From assembly GCA_025786725.1 (NCBI GenBank), contig JAHLTZ010000013.1, forward strand, positions 558,001-622,000: a DNA stretch of 64,000 nt. The letters run 5' to 3'. Position numbers and translations under genes: made by a program. This DNA comes from Syncephalis fuscata S228. Its lineage: Eukaryota; Fungi; Zoopagomycota. The notes under the pieces are model-generated. The model was not told where the DNA came from and searched no databases. It saw nothing but the letters and a program-made list of their open reading frames with translations. Below, one piece after another: positions 1-14,130 of the stretch. The stretch's first letter is position 1. Every line of letters begins with the position of its first letter.

Positions 1-1
1 A

Positions 2-322
2 ATGGCAGAGCACCATGTGTGTATATTCCAATGCTATGCAAATCAAGCAATAGTCGTTGTCTCACTACTGGATGGCCGTATACAGCTGGAAATCTCCGCC
101 AAAGATGCTAATAGCGAATTTAAAAGCTTTGAACGAGTTGTTGGCTCATTAATTGCCGGTTACAATTATCAAACTAATCAATACTGTATTATTGACGTAT
201 TAACCGGTGAGCGAAGCATTTTTTCATTTCCAATACCATCAGTTAGACGTTGTATTTCTGTATTTGGGCACATGTTGATGACCAATGATAAAACAACACA
301 TGCAGTAAGCTTTGTTTTATAG
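2..322 (+). CDS. 3' end of a hypothetical protein running in from the window edge
   Basis: Open frame from the window start to TAG at 320-322, followed by AT-rich sequence with AATAAA; no recognisable domain. Confidence 0.4.
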   Translation: MAEHHVCIFQCYANQAIVVVSLLDGRIQLEISAKDANSEFKSFERVVGSLIAGYNYQTNQYCIIDVLTGERSIFSFPIPSVRRCISVFGHMLMTNDKTTHAVSFVL

Positions 323-810
323 CTGATGTAATACCAATGATTAGCTTGGTGTTCTATATTAATGATGCACGAGCTACACATATTAGAATATAGTATAAGA
401 AATCATTAATAAAGTATCCATTGTGTGTATACAGACTTAATACTAGATTTTACACATTATAAATAATTTCACTATACTAATAAATTCAGACTTGAAACAA
501 ATATTAGTAAATATAATCGTTTGACTCAGACTATAAACATTTACATTCTAAATTTAAATATTATATATACTACATTCATTACAATACTAATCGATCAGTA
601 ATAATAATAATAATAATAATAAGTTGTTATTGATATAATTAATAGATTTGCTTGTAAATAAGCCAAGAATATCTCTTATGAATTATTAACGCGAAACTAA
701 AACGTAGCTATTAGCTACTAGATCCGTGCCTATTACAAATATTTATATAGCCATTAGACAAAACCGTTGATAGATTAAATTTGGGTATCATATAAAGAAA
801 TAGATCAAAA

Positions 811-1723
811 TTATCCTCGTAAGAATTGATCACATCGATCTTTACGACGTTCAGAATACTAAACAATAATCAGTTAGTCAACCAGTACCATTACTAGTTC
901 ACTAAACTTACCTCTTCAAAACCGATAAGCCGATGAAGATCCTCTTCCCGTATCGGATTATCCGCAATGGACACCACAACTACAGGCGTGTCGCGTAGTA
1001 CCTCGCCAGGAAAAGCCTTTAACTTATTGTTATCCAGTCTAAGCACCTTAACTGCTCGCATACGCCGCCAAGCAGTCGGTACTTCTGTTAACTGGTTGCC
1101 CATGCACCGTAACTCTTCCAAGGCCGTAGCATTAGCAAGATCAGGTGGTAGTGATTCAATTTCATTTTCGGATACATCAAGTTCGCGCAATTGTTCGAGT
1201 GCACCAATACGTGCAGGCAAAGTACGCAGCTTATTCCGCTGCAACTTAAGTGTACGTAGCTGCGATAAATCTTCAAATGGAAATGAAGTGACTGAAGTAA
1301 GTCGATTTCCACCAAGATCCAATGTTTCCAAGCGAGTTAATTGTGCCACCACCATAGGTAGTTCTAGCAATCGATTGTCACTCAAGGTCAAGTGACGCAA
1401 GTGATTTGCAAAACTAGCAAATTCATCTGGCCTAAATATAGTAATTACATTAGCCATGTAACAATAACAATAACAACAATAACTTACAGTATTTTAAGTA
1501 AATTTTTGGCCAAATCCAGCGACCGTAATTCAACTGAATAGATATCCGGTAATTCTTTGAGTTTGCCATTGGACAAGGACAGTATACCAGTCTTTTGAGC
1601 ACGCTCAAGCTGTGCATCCAGTGTTGCACTTATCTTGCGGGTTGGCGGTCCCACAATACCACCAGGACCATTGATACGACGAAAAATACGCTCCGCAAAC
1701 GTCTCTTCGCTATTGCGCGTCAT
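811..1723 (-). CDS. Leucine-rich repeat protein (3 exons: 1723-1488, 1431-912, 858-811)
   Basis: Repeated LxxLxLxxNxL motifs (LETLDLGGNRL, LRTLKLQRNKL, LRELDVSENEI). Two GT-AG introns join the ORFs to a last exon YSERRKDRCDQFLRG*. Confidence 0.85.
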
Positions 1724-2026
1724 ACCGTCTTCTTCGTTGGGCCAATAGTAGTTATTGGCTGGTGAGGTTCAAAAGATTCCTGCTACTTGCTTCACAGGCG
1801 ATACAAGCACCGTCAAGGATACTTTTGTGTGGGTATAGAGTTATGGCTATCGTTAATAACCGATAGGTAGAAGGTAGCTATTTGCAACTGCACAAACTAG
1901 CACAAGAAAAAGAGATAGATATAGTAAACCAGTGTAATGCTGGTCGTACTAAAATGAAATTGCGGCAATATTGATAACGACAAAGGGAGCAGAAAGGAGA
2001 ATGAAACGGACTTGCGTACTTATCAC

Positions 2027-2057
2027 TCACACACACACACACACACACGCACACACA
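2027..2057. repeat. (CA)n microsatellite
   Basis: cacacacacacacacacacacgcacacaca seen directly. Confidence 0.9.
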
Positions 2058-2155
2058 ACTCTCCTTGTTTAATAGAGACAGTGGTTGTGCCACCTTTGAT
2101 TTAACAGACATTGTAGCACAGACATTCAGTGTATGTATTTTTACATAATAATAAT

Positions 2156-3358
2156 TTATAAACGCTTTTGAATAATACTAAGCCCATCAAATAGCGGCCA
2201 TATCAGTACTTCTACTCGGTCATCTTGAGCCACATAACTATTAAATTGGTGCATAGCCATGGCAGCACGACGTACACTGGACCGGCTACTTTCAGCTAGA
2301 CTTGCCGATTCTCTTTCATCTGGTGCCATGCGCTCTTGTCCATTGTATCGACTACTTCCTTCACGGCTCCCGTGCGGTGAAATAAATAGCTCGCCCATTG
2401 TATTAGCTACTCGTACAGTATCTCCACGAAATAATACTAGTTCACTCTATAATTAATTAACTACAACAAACGATCTATCTATTTATTTACCATTATCCGC
2501 AATAATAAATCCATGATCTGCAAGAAGATTGCATTCCAAGATTGTAGTTAAATATGAAATATAGCCATTTTTATTGGCATCTATACCATTCATAAGCTTT
2601 ACATCATGCCATATCATCAATTACTTACCTAGAAATATTAAATCAAATGGCTTTTGAGTATTCAATCGCTGCAGTCTAATAACAAATATGAACAATATAT
2701 GAATAAACATTATAACATAAATGAGCACCACTATAACTATTTACATGGTATCAGCGTGGCCAATCTCAATCGTTACTTGTGCCGTAAGATTGGCCTTGTC
2801 GATCCATTCTTGAGCTAGAGCAGCCGCCGTTGGATCCCGCTCGCATGTAACAAGCTCAATAGATGCAGGGTCTATGTGTCGACGTTTAGCCGCTTCTATA
2901 GCACCGTCGGCCAGCCACAGTGCACTCTGTCCGGTAAAGCAGCCAAGTTCGAGTATCCGTCGCGCTCCGGTAATACTTACAAGCATACGCAGTGTTTGGC
3001 CCTGTAACGACGACACAGCCTGGTATGCATTACGAGTAAATTGAACGGCAGTTGCCTCCCGTAATCCCTTATGATACTGACCTAGATTGCTATCACTAGC
3101 CGGTGTGCTATAGTTTTGCAGGTAGCTATCGAGCGCAGCATACGGCAGTCGGTGGATGCCTGTTGCTTTACTATGCGTCGTCTCCTCCATGGACCGAATG
3201 AATTCGTTATACACCTTTGATGTGTAATGACGTGTCGTATTAGTGAACAGATATTTACGTTTGCATGGTAATTGGCGAGATAGTGTTGTTACAGATGCAT
3301 TTCTCGCGCAATAGAAGGCCCGTAAAGAATATAACGAGGCGTAATTGCGTAGGTGCAT
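2156..3358 (-). CDS. SAM-dependent O-methyltransferase (Methyltransf_3 / CCoAOMT-like), multi-exon
   Basis: Motif I ARRILELGCFTGQSALWLA, a small exon encoding DANKNGY and C-terminal LIWPLFDGLSII. Start codon is tentative. Confidence 0.85.
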
Positions 3359-3561
3359 AGAGAATAGCGGTTGTTGCGACAATAACAGAGTGGTCTCGTT
3401 TCTCGACCAGCGGCAATAAACAAATATCATAATCACTGTAATTCTTTTTTTTCTTTTTTAATACAATTTTCAATAATTGCTTTAGTGTTGGTAGCCTAAT
3501 CTATTTCCTCCTTATTAGCCATAGCCAGCGATACTTCTACTCTATTGAAGCTTATACAAAT

Positions 3562-5218
3562 ATGGTTGAGATCGCTAAAAAGACTAAGCAGAAGCAGTTG
3601 AGCCGACAGACCAAACGGCAAAAGACGAATGCACCGGCGGTAGAACCTGCACCTGCAAGCCAGGCGAAGAAGGCTAGAAAGACGAAGGAAAAGACGGAAA
3701 AAACGAAAAAGCCGGCTACGGCTGTGGCAGTAGCACCAGTAGTGCAAGAAGTATCAACTATAGACGATAGCTACTTCCGTGTTGTTACAGGTTCTTATGA
3801 ACGATTACTCCATGGTCTTGATATTTATTGGCCCAGTTTGACAAAAGAAAGCGATGAAGTATCGGAAGTATCGGCTACCGAGTCAAAAGATAAAGATAAT
3901 ACAAAGGTAAGTAGATATACTAGTATATTCATAACGATATTAACTAATGAGTATTAATAGCTACGATTTGAGCCAGTATTTGCTTTTCCAGCCCATATTG
4001 GCTGTCTAAAGGCTATAGGAGCAGGTGGTAACTATTTGGCATCAGGCAGTACAGATGAATTGATAAAGTAAGTTATTTATTGAGTAGTTTATATATAACA
4101 ATCATAATAATAACTAATGGATTATTTAGACTTTATGATCTTAAAAACCGAAAAGAACTTGGTACACTCATGCATCATGATGGTATGTTAAAGGCATGTT
4201 ATCAATTTGATTATTAATATAAATGTATAGGCACCATTACATCACTTGAATTCTGCAACAAAACACACATGATTAGTGCCGGTGATGATGGAAAGTTGTG
4301 TATTTGGCGCACAAAAGATTGGGAATGTTTAAGAATACTTAAAGGCCACACGTAAGTAGATATAGTATTCAATAGACAATCTAAATAATATACCATTAGT
4401 GGTGCAATCAATTGTGCTGATGTCCATCCAACAGGACGTGTTGCCTTGTCAGTAGGCGCCGATAGAACATTAAGAAGTTGGGATTTGACTATTGGTGGCA
4501 AGTTGACATCTAGCAAATTGAAGCAAGGTAAGTTTACTAGGAATTAATTATACCGCTATGCAGTTATATTTATATAATGCATTGTATAGCGGGTAACATT
4601 GTGCGCTGGAGTTTGACTGGTCAACAGTATGCCATTGTTACTGGTCGACAGATTGATATCTACAATGTAGCAGTAAGTAGACATTAATTATAATGATTAT
4701 TAATTATTAATAATAGTTTATTAATTTATAATATAATTAGAATGCCAAGATTACTCGTACATTCCTAACACGTACAACACTTCACTGTCTTCGTTACGCT
4801 AAAGATAAGGCAGGTCGTGATCTACTTGTACTCGGTGGTGATGATAAACGACTACGTATTTATCATGCTGATGAAGAAGAGCCTATCGTTGATTTTGTAG
4901 CACATGATGCTCGGTAAGTATAATATAGCACTTTTAGTGGATTTTAACATTTTTATTATTATCGATAGTATCAAGGATTTGTCTATTTTACCATCAGCAT
5001 CAACAACAAGACCCACAGTTATTGTAACAGTTGCTTCATCAGGACAAATACGTATTTGGGATCTTGAACACTTATTACTATTGGCCAAACAAGCTGATCC
5101 AGCAATAAAGACTACAGCAACAACGACAACAGCCAAATCAGTCACTCCATTAGGCGATTATAATACAGGTTGTCGAATTACTTGTGTATTGGCCGTTCAT
5201 GGATTTGCCAAACAGTAA
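3562..5218 (+). CDS. MAK11: WD40 60S ribosome biogenesis factor MAK11/PAK1IP1, multi-exon
   Basis: RVVTGSYERLLHG, FAFPAHIGCLK, LASGSTDELIK, YDLKNRKELGTL, HPTGRVALSVGAD; short GT-AG introns. Confidence 0.85.
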
Positions 5219-5310
5219 AAAGTAGCCACATTATTAAATAACCATAATAACATTAATAAAATAAAGCGTATTTGATTAAATGGTACAACATGAATATCAT
5301 CTATATTTTA

Positions 5311-8169
5311 TTACTTATTGCGTCTCTTTTTAAGACCGGCTGGTAAAAGTAGAGCCCGTGCATCTGATACAATGGCAAATTCATCATCATGAGCACGTTT
5401 AGCCGCTGCTTGCATCACGCGTCGTGCTTCATGGGCACCTGGCTCGCGTGGTTTTTGTGGTCGTTCAAATGGTCCGCTTCTCTTACGTTCGGCAAATTGT
5501 TCGGCTGAGCTTTGCTTTAACTTGCCGACCTCCTTAATACGTCGCTTCTTCTGCGTGCTGCTCACTTCGCCTGGCGCTTCACGTAAACCGAAACTCTTGG
5601 CCAAATGACCCAGATGCAAAAACTTGATGTGAAAGATGTGCTTTTCCGATGCAGCGTGTGTTGCATAAGCACGAACATGTGCTGTAAATGCCTCACGGGC
5701 TAATCTTGCCGCCTAATAAACAAATATATTAATGATCTATTTATAACTATTGTTATTATTATCTTACCTCGGGTTGGTTGGTAATCCATCGTTCAAACTG
5801 TAGTTGCAGGTTAGTGGCAGCTAGTTCAAAATCGCCACGACGTCCACCGCTATTACTACCGGTTAATCGACCAAGTATATCTTCCATAGCAATAAGAATA
5901 GTTTGCATGCCTTGCCCTTTTAATACATCGATATAGGCCATCTCACTAGGTAGTAGGAACAGTAGTGCATCGCCACCTCGACCTAATCGAGCTGTTCGAC
6001 CAACACGATGTGCATAGTCACGTATATCGCAGGGTGCATCGTATTGCACAATCTGGTCAACGTCAGGTAAGTGAAGACCACGTGCTGCTACATCAGTGCA
6101 TATAAGTACACCTTGTGTTGCAGCACAGAATTCAGAATAGACACGACTACGATCAGCCTGTACCATGTTACCATGTAACTTAAATAATGGAATATTAGGT
6201 AGTAGATGACCCATTAAAGCAATTGGTTGAGCTTTAACTACTCGTTTCTTTGTATTAGCTTCTTCTTCCTCATCCTCTTCTTCGCCTTCATTACTGCTAT
6301 CGTCAGTCGAATTGGCTGATTCGGCTATTTTGACTAAATCTTCTTTCGGTTTGGCTGTTTTGGCTGTTGTTGATCGGCCGGGTGTTTGTGTTTCTACGAG
6401 TAGTTTATAAATAAAATCAACTGATCCACAGCATGAAAGAAAGACAACAATCTTATTTTTACGTTCTTCACAACGTACACCACGTACACCCAATGCTGAT
6501 TTCAAAAAGGTGCAAAGTGTTACTAAGCGTAATTTGGCCGGCACAACAACGTATGATTGTCGTAACTGTTTGGGTGCAGCACCGGAAATACTGGCCACCA
6601 TATCCTCATTGCCTGCCATGTCCATTCCGTCGTTGTCGCTATTATCGATAGCTGCGTCGAATTTACCCGATTCAATGGCATCAGCATCGCCTTTTGTTCC
6701 TTTATTATCACTGGACGTGTTAAAGCTTGTCCTGCTAATTGACGGATATTTGGCTGTAATGTAGCAGAACATAGAATAATCTGTCGACGACGTAATAATC
6801 TAGACTGTAGCTTTTTAGTTAACGCATCGTTGCTTGTTACTAATTTGCAGCGCTGATCTGGACCAGTACCGCTATTATCGACAAATGCACGTCGCTCCTC
6901 AATTAGCTTTAGAATAGTAAGCAGTGTATCTTCAAATCCTAAATCTAATAGACGATCGGCTTCATCAAGTACTAGCCAGCGTAACTGTCCCACTAAAAAC
7001 GATTGCGTATTCTGTAAATGATCAAGTAAACGACCAGGCGTGCATACAAGAATAGTAACACCTTTGCGTAGGCGGGCCTTTTCTGACTGTCGTTTATCGC
7101 CACCGCTAACAAGTCCAGGTACTATCCAGTGCAATTTACGCACATTATTATCATTGGCAGTAGTGTCAACAGCCATATTGCTATCGGTATCAGTTGTGGG
7201 GCAATTGCTGCAGCTCCGCTTTTATACTGTAATAGTCGCTCCAATACAGTATAGACTTGTCGGGCCAATTCTCGTGTTGGCGTTAATACACAGGCGATGG
7301 TACCTAGTGAACGAAATGCTTCACGTGCTGCCGCTGAAGATGATGCCGTATAAGCTATATCTGGTGTAGCCTCTAACAACTGGTGTACAATTGGTAATAA
7401 ATAAGCCAGCGTCTTGCCCGATCCCGTTTCAGACTGTAAAATAGCATCGCGATTAGCATGATCCTTATTGGCCAGTGAATGTAGCATGTGTCGTTGAATG
7501 CCTGTTGGTTGTTTGACATTCATTCGTTCGGACAAGTGGTGGGCAAGGTCAGCGTTAAGTCCAAGTCCTGAAAAGGTACGATCGTCCAACACGCCATTGC
7601 TTATCGCTGCAGTGTCGGTACCGGCAGCCTGACGCGCTTTATCGGCCCTCCAACGATCAACACGAGAAGGTACGACTGGATTGGCCGTGAACAACGAGGA
7701 TGTTTGATCTCTTGTTCTTGCTGTTGCTGCCATAGCCGTATTATCGCTGGATAGATTATTGGTGATAGGTGTTGGCTTATCTGCAGCAATAGTTATTTGT
7801 GTATCGGCGGTAACACTAGCACTAGCATCACTGGCCACATTCTTCTTTACAGCACTCAATAACCAATCTGGCATTGTATCTGGTACATGTACTTGATGAC
7901 GTGGTTCATCATCATCACGTTTAGTTGTTGATGCTGCTATTGTAGATCCATTACTACTGTTGTTGTTATTTACGGCTAATGCTGGCTTGTTAATAGGCCT
8001 AGTATTACTTTCTAGCTTATTTGTGAGTGCTGCATTCGAATGTTGTTGCTGTCTACTCTTGATTTGCTTATTTGCCTTGTTACGTTTGTTGTTGTTTGTT
8101 GCTCCTACGACTAGCACCTCCACTGCCACCGCTATCAACGATATTTAGTAATAATGGGGCGTCATCCAT
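5311..8169 (-). CDS. DBP7: DEAD-box RNA helicase DBP7/DDX31 (one intron, three apparent single-base frameshifts)
   Basis: [32 protein letters not shown] and HRVGRTAR motifs, plus DBP7-typical [21 protein letters not shown] and [15 protein letters not shown]. Frame breaks near 8090, 7200 and 6700. Confidence 0.9.
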
Positions 8170-8289
8170 ATTGAATCGTGCGTTTACAATTAATAATGGA
8201 ATAAAAAAAAGAAAAAAATTAGGCAGTATTGTGGGCGAATGAGCTTTGTTGTAATTTATTTAATTATTTTTAATATGTTTATTATACTA

Positions 8290-8890
8290 CTAATAACTTG
8301 TTCTATGATAATGACTATTGGTGCTAAATGGCTTTTATTTACGCGCTATTATACTGAACATATGTTTTATGATAATGAGTAGCTTTTGTGCCAACTCTTA
8401 TTCTTTTAATACATATCAATGCTGATTTTTGACTTAAATCATCATGAAATCATCTATGTTAACTAAACAGTATACAATCTACATTACTACACTTTCCTTT
8501 CTCTTTTTTTACGTTTAATAGCATATATACATTGTATATACTTGTACACTCTATATATACCAGTTAGATATTGTTAGTAGTTATTTGCCTACTAGTTATG
8601 TACAAACACCTTCTACACTATGTACTTGCATTACTCTTTTATAATTACCTTCATTACTCCGATCATTGGTATTAACAGTTTTATTAACACAATAAGTACA
8701 TTTATGGCTTTACTTTTACTATGAATTATTACATGTATATGGCAGGATAAATATACAATGAAATAATATAAATGGATAAAGGATATATGCATATTGAATA
8801 ATAAATCTATGATGATGAGTATTTGATGATTGATATCATTCACCACCCACCATCATATTCAATCTATTGAATATTATCAAGTTTAGTCAT
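8290..8890 (+). repeat. Interspersed non-coding repeat family A, copy 1 (partial)
   Basis: Shares catatatacattg(c/t)atatacttgtacactctatatataccagttagatattgtt...caaacaccttctacactatgtacttgcatt with copies at ~13.5, 18.5, 26.2 (rc) and 52.0 kb (rc). Boundaries approximate. Confidence 0.8.
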
Positions 8891-11800
8891 TCAATTTTCA
8901 AATAATATAAAACTATTAATAAATTGCTAATAAAAGGCATAAATAAAATAATTAACAAAAATAAAGCATTAATACTATTGTTTAAATGGATAGTGTACAT
9001 TTGTATTAAATATAATTGTAATCTAATTATTTAAGTATCAACCGCTTTTCTAATCAAATAAATAATGCCACTTTAACCTTAAAACAAATACTAAGCATAA
9101 CACTAAATAAACAATAGTAATAAATTATTACTATAATATTATGTTGCTTTAATAAACACTTATACACTTTATCAGAACTCTTTCAGCTCAATATATATAA
9201 CTCTCTTTTCTCTCAGCCGTCACTGCCACTTCATTTATTAGCTAACAAACTTAACAGGCATGCAATAACAATATCAATTGACACTTGACCGGATAAAAAA
9301 CCAAATGGGTATATATTCACTCCCTCCATCTGGAAAACCATGTCAAGTGATAGCATCAACAACAATGCATAATACTACTGTTAATACTTGTGCTGATGGA
9401 AGCAATAATTGGTATTGTAAATTGCATGCAAAATGATGATAAATGCGATCCAGATAACTTGTCGATTTGGCACCAATATTTGAAGAACTATAACAAGATT
9501 TGTTAGTGTTGTTTAGTAGTAATAAAGTATTATACATTTAGTTGGTCGTTGTTCATATGTAGTCTATGATGCACATGTGATGTGATTGTTTGTTGTTTGG
9601 GTACTGTTACTAAGTATTATACAAACATTATAAAAAATTAAACTAAAAAAGTTATTGAAAGCTGTTAATCGAGATAACAGCCAATAAAAAACTATATGTC
9701 CACCTGGAATACTGATAGTACTACAACTCGGGCATAAGTAACATTCGTCAGAAGCACATAGCTTTCTACCAGCTGCCGTCAAGATGACAATGTTATTTAA
9801 TAATGTTATAATGCAATGTAGCAATTCAAGTGCAGCAATAAACATCACTAAACTACTGGTTCACCCAATTGTAGCTAATGTATAAAGCCAAACACACATA
9901 GATGTTGCAGTGTATTACAACTAAACAACACATGTCAAATGCTGATGTGCTATTAAAGTCACAATATAACAGCTAGTCTCCACTACAATATAATTAATTG
10001 TAGAAATAACATCTAATAATCATACGCTACAACTCGGAGTGGTGCACTTTCTTAATTCTCAAGCCTTGGACGCATGAACTAGATGATATTGAGAATAACG
10101 CTATATCACAATTGTTTAACAACACCCGCAAGTAAACAGTAGGTGATATATGGACACATCCACCCAGATGAACCACATACTCATCAATCCAGTGTGTGAT
10201 GGCAGTGTTCAGCAAGTTGAACAATACCAACACACCTCCAGCGCGCGTTACAAACAGGTGAGCACTAACATATGGCCACCCATCACAGGTCGCCGCATCC
10301 ATATGAGGGAAACACACAGCAATAACTGACTTGCTAAATACTGTTGCTGCGCGCTCTAGCCTTTACAGGAGGGAGCATAGAGCAGTATTAAGCTAATACT
10401 GTGCGCCCTAGCGTCCCCCATGAGAGAGCGTGCAGCAATACCGACTTATGTCCTATCACTGCACGCTCCAGCATCCCACATATCTCCGCACTACACTAGT
10501 ATACAGCCGCCTATTACGGGCAGCCATATAATTGTTGAGCTAGTATAATACAGCAGTCTGCAAATACTGTATTGCACATTCAACACAGCTCAAAAGCAAG
10601 AACACAGTATATCGTGATCAACCAACAAGGGGACCCCACACCACTGGATGTAACTACTAGATTTAATGCTAACCATTAACAAACAGTTTACAGCACATTA
10701 ACAACTAGAAACAGAAGAAGGCGAAGTAATGAGCAAAAGTAATCCAACACAACCTTATAAACTTCAAAACATATCTACCAATTAGAATAAACAATATTGG
10801 TAAATAGTATGTGGCAACTGTTCATTGGCGTATTGCAACTGACTGAACCTTCTAATGTCAGATACCATCTTATCAGTAAATTGGATTATAATCCCTTCTT
10901 TGTTTCCATATTTGCTCACTTTTTGCCTTCCATTTGCCGGTTATTTCCGCGCATAATCAGCATATCTACACTGGCTAGTTGAATCAATTGGCCAATGCAA
11001 CTGAAACATAGCCAAATACAACCATTCTTAATCAGTTGTACCACTACAATAGCGGCTCTTCCCAATGCTATCAATATTGTCAGGGTATAGCGGGTATTTT
11101 CACTTTCCCCCAAGTATTCTTGCCATTCGCACACAATTAAATCAGTCGATCCACCAATTTATTACTGTATTAGTTAAATAAAAATGACTACTTTTCTTTA
11201 GAAATATGGTCTATAACATAATTCACCGATTGAGTTTCAATGCTACTAAATAGAAATAAAATACACGTTGTTCATACTACATTACAAAGTCCGTTAAAGC
11301 TATAAGTAAAAACAGGAATAAACACGTAACCATATCGACTGCAAAGGCCAACATGAAAACCAGTATGATGTGGCACATGCATGCTTAGCCAAGTGACTAT
11401 ATAAAATACCGATATGCACAATAGTTTGCCATACAACTTAGGACTGAGCTATAGCATCAGTAAGCAGAACATACTACAGCGTATGTAGAATTAGTGTATA
11501 TGTACAATAAAGTATTATTATTATATTATTTTGAATACTAATAATATTTTGATATTATAAAAATGCTTACAGTTACGTAATTTGTCGCGCAATTATTTAA
11601 AAAATATGATGTCAATCATTATATTCGTTTATTTAATATACATATATAACACTTGAAACTTTAATGTCAAAATTAAAGCGTTATACTGTCATTAGAAAAT
11701 AAAGTGCATTGCTTCTTTGTCATATTTTTATTCATTACTATCAATCAACAAATAAATCTGTCACAATATAATTAACACGTTTATGCCAATTCAAACATTT

Positions 11801-12056
11801 TTTATTTGTTAGCATGTCAGCACATTGTACTACTTTTTTTCTTACTTTCTGCTTTGCATAACTTCTTTATTGCGTGTTGCTTAATTTTGAATTGCCTAAT
11901 GCATTTATAATCAAACATGTCACTGTTTCTTATCATTGTACTACTGTGCTTACCCTAAGTTATAATATTAACAAACAAATATGCCTACTTTGCTATAAAT
12001 ACCTTGCTATTTAACATTCATTAAATAAAATTATTATCCTTCAAATGCAATACTAG

Positions 12057-13020
12057 CATTCCGTTTTCAACACTTGTTTATTGTAAGTTAATTTGTTTAT
12101 TTAATAATACAATCACTAATTATTGCTATTACTACTACTGATTATTGCTATTTAAACATTAAGGTAATTTATTTATTTATTTAATACTAAACACCATTAT
12201 TAACAAGCAATCAGCTTGGAAACATCATGTTATCTGCCCATTGCCAGTATTCCAAAGTCATGTATACTAGCTTTGGGATGGCTTACAATGTAAAGTCTTC
12301 TCCCGCGGTGCCAGGTTGCTGTGGCACTATTCCATATATGGCGCCTGAAGCGTCATTATGGTCTAGTAAGCGGCCATTCTTGCTAGAGTGTGTCGAAGAC
12401 AACACCAAAGTGTGCCACCGGCTGACCTCTTCACCACTAAGCGTTAATGGGTATGGCACACCCATTGGCATGTGGAGTCTAGGAGCAATGCTTTATTTGA
12501 TCATATGGGGTAAGTATAAACAAAATCAAACTATTGTACTAACTATTACATGCTGTTATTTAGGAATGTGTCCTTACGGCGACGGTGGTGATGTGGAGCA
12601 GTATATGAAAAATATACTGCAAGACTCGGTCACATTTGGCCAGGGACAAACGAATGGCCCAAGTAAAAAAGGTAAGTTTAATATGTCTTTATTAACAGTA
12701 ACTAATATTTTGCAGCTGTTGACTTGATACAGCAGTTGCTGAACATCAACAGCGACAAGCGGCCTACAGCCGAGCAGACACTGGCCTGCCCTTGGTTTAC
12801 TGGTGAAGAGTTGACACCAGAATTAGGGGAAGAGCCAGTAGCAGCAACAGCAACATCAACGGATGCAGCACCAGCTGCAAAGAAGCAGCGGCCAACGCCT
12901 AAGCTTTTACGGCGACGCCACCTAAACGCCGATGCTACTCGAAATACAAATCACAAGGTGCTGCCAAACGTGCAATTCCCTCCCGAAAATTCCGGCTTAA
13001 CAAGAAAGCATATTAGTTAA
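12057..13020 (+). pseudogene. Degenerate Ser/Thr protein kinase (CAMK/CHK2-like C-lobe only)
   Basis: LGNIML, SFGMA in place of DFG, CGTIPYMAPE, GMWSLG in place of DxWSLG, KRPTAEQTLACPWF. Introns are retained but no intact N-lobe was found upstream. Confidence 0.65.
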
Positions 13021-13189
13021 AAGGTAAGAACTCATTAACAATCAAACAATCATAATGCTAACTATCTAATATACTTAGTTGCTTTACATTATCTATTCAT
13101 TGCCTATATCTTATCAATAAATATTGTAAATATTTTTTATTTAGTATATAAATCATTGTTCCATTTTTATATGCAATAAAATTGATATG

Positions 13190-14130
13190 TTTTAATGATT
13201 TTGGTGTCAAATGACTTTATTCTTTTAATACATTCGCTGTTATACTGACAACATGTTCTATGATGATGAGTGTTTTTTGGGTGTAAATGATTTTTATTTT
13301 TTAATTGATCTTTTAATATACTGAATATATGTTCTATAATAATGAGTAGTTTTGGTGGTAAAATGACTTTTATTCTTCATTTATTCTTTACTATTAATCT
13401 GTTCTATGATGTACCGACATGTTGGGTAGATTGACTTTTATTATTTACACTCATTTATTAATGAATTAAACTCGGCTGTTTATAAATATTGACTGACAGG
13501 CTCACATCTCACAATCTACGTCATCACATTTTCCTTTCTCTTTCTTCACACTTGAAACATATATACATTGCATATACTTGTACACTCTATATATACCAGT
13601 TAGATATTGTTGGTAGTTATTTGACTACTAGTTATGTACAAACACCTTCTACACTATGTACTTGCATTGCTCTTTTGTAATCTGACCTTCATTACTCCGA
13701 TCATTGGTATTGACGGTTTTATTGCCACGGTAAGTGCATTTCTGGCTTGCTTTATGTCATGTCGAGCAGTGCTACGAAAATATCGTTGCATGCTTTATTT
13801 GTACTATGGAATGCAATTGCAGTTCATCTAACAGCAACTTTGCAATCTCAACAGCGATAATACGATCTACTACTGCAAAGACTGTACAGTCTGCTGTCGG
13901 TACGGTCTACAGCAAAGATCTATAGTAAAACAAAGCATGCAGTGACTTTAACAACATATAACCACCACAGTCATCGTGTACGGCAGTTGTACACATACAC
14001 CGGCAATAGTATAGAAAGCTTTACTAGCATAGTCACTAAGCAAATTTCAGTGCCAGTACAGCAGTGCGATCCACCACTGTTGATAAAGTTGTATACGCGT
14101 AGTTACCAGCACATGAATGTGTTGGCTATA
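13190..14130 (+). repeat. Repeat family A, copy 2
   Basis: Contains the spurious 63-aa ORF MHFWLALCH..., identical at 13734, 18657 and 25851 (rc). Begins with degenerate ~65-75 bp subrepeats gttctatgat..gagt..ttggtgt.aaatgacttt. Confidence 0.9.

Noticed and set aside
9240-11150. Coding-like fragments in the AT-rich island
   Set aside because: They are interrupted by stops and have no recognisable motif; possibly decayed genes, but no call can be supported.
13250-13420. TGATGA/CTGA motifs in the subrepeats as a C/D snoRNA cluster
   Set aside because: The boxes are not consistently kept between units, no terminal stems or rRNA guides were recognised, and the units belong to a dispersed repeat.
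13734-13925. 63-aa ORF MHFWLALCH... repeated at 18657 and 25851
   Set aside because: It starts at a non-ATG codon, has no domain and lies inside the repeat family; its identity reflects repeat copies, not a gene family.
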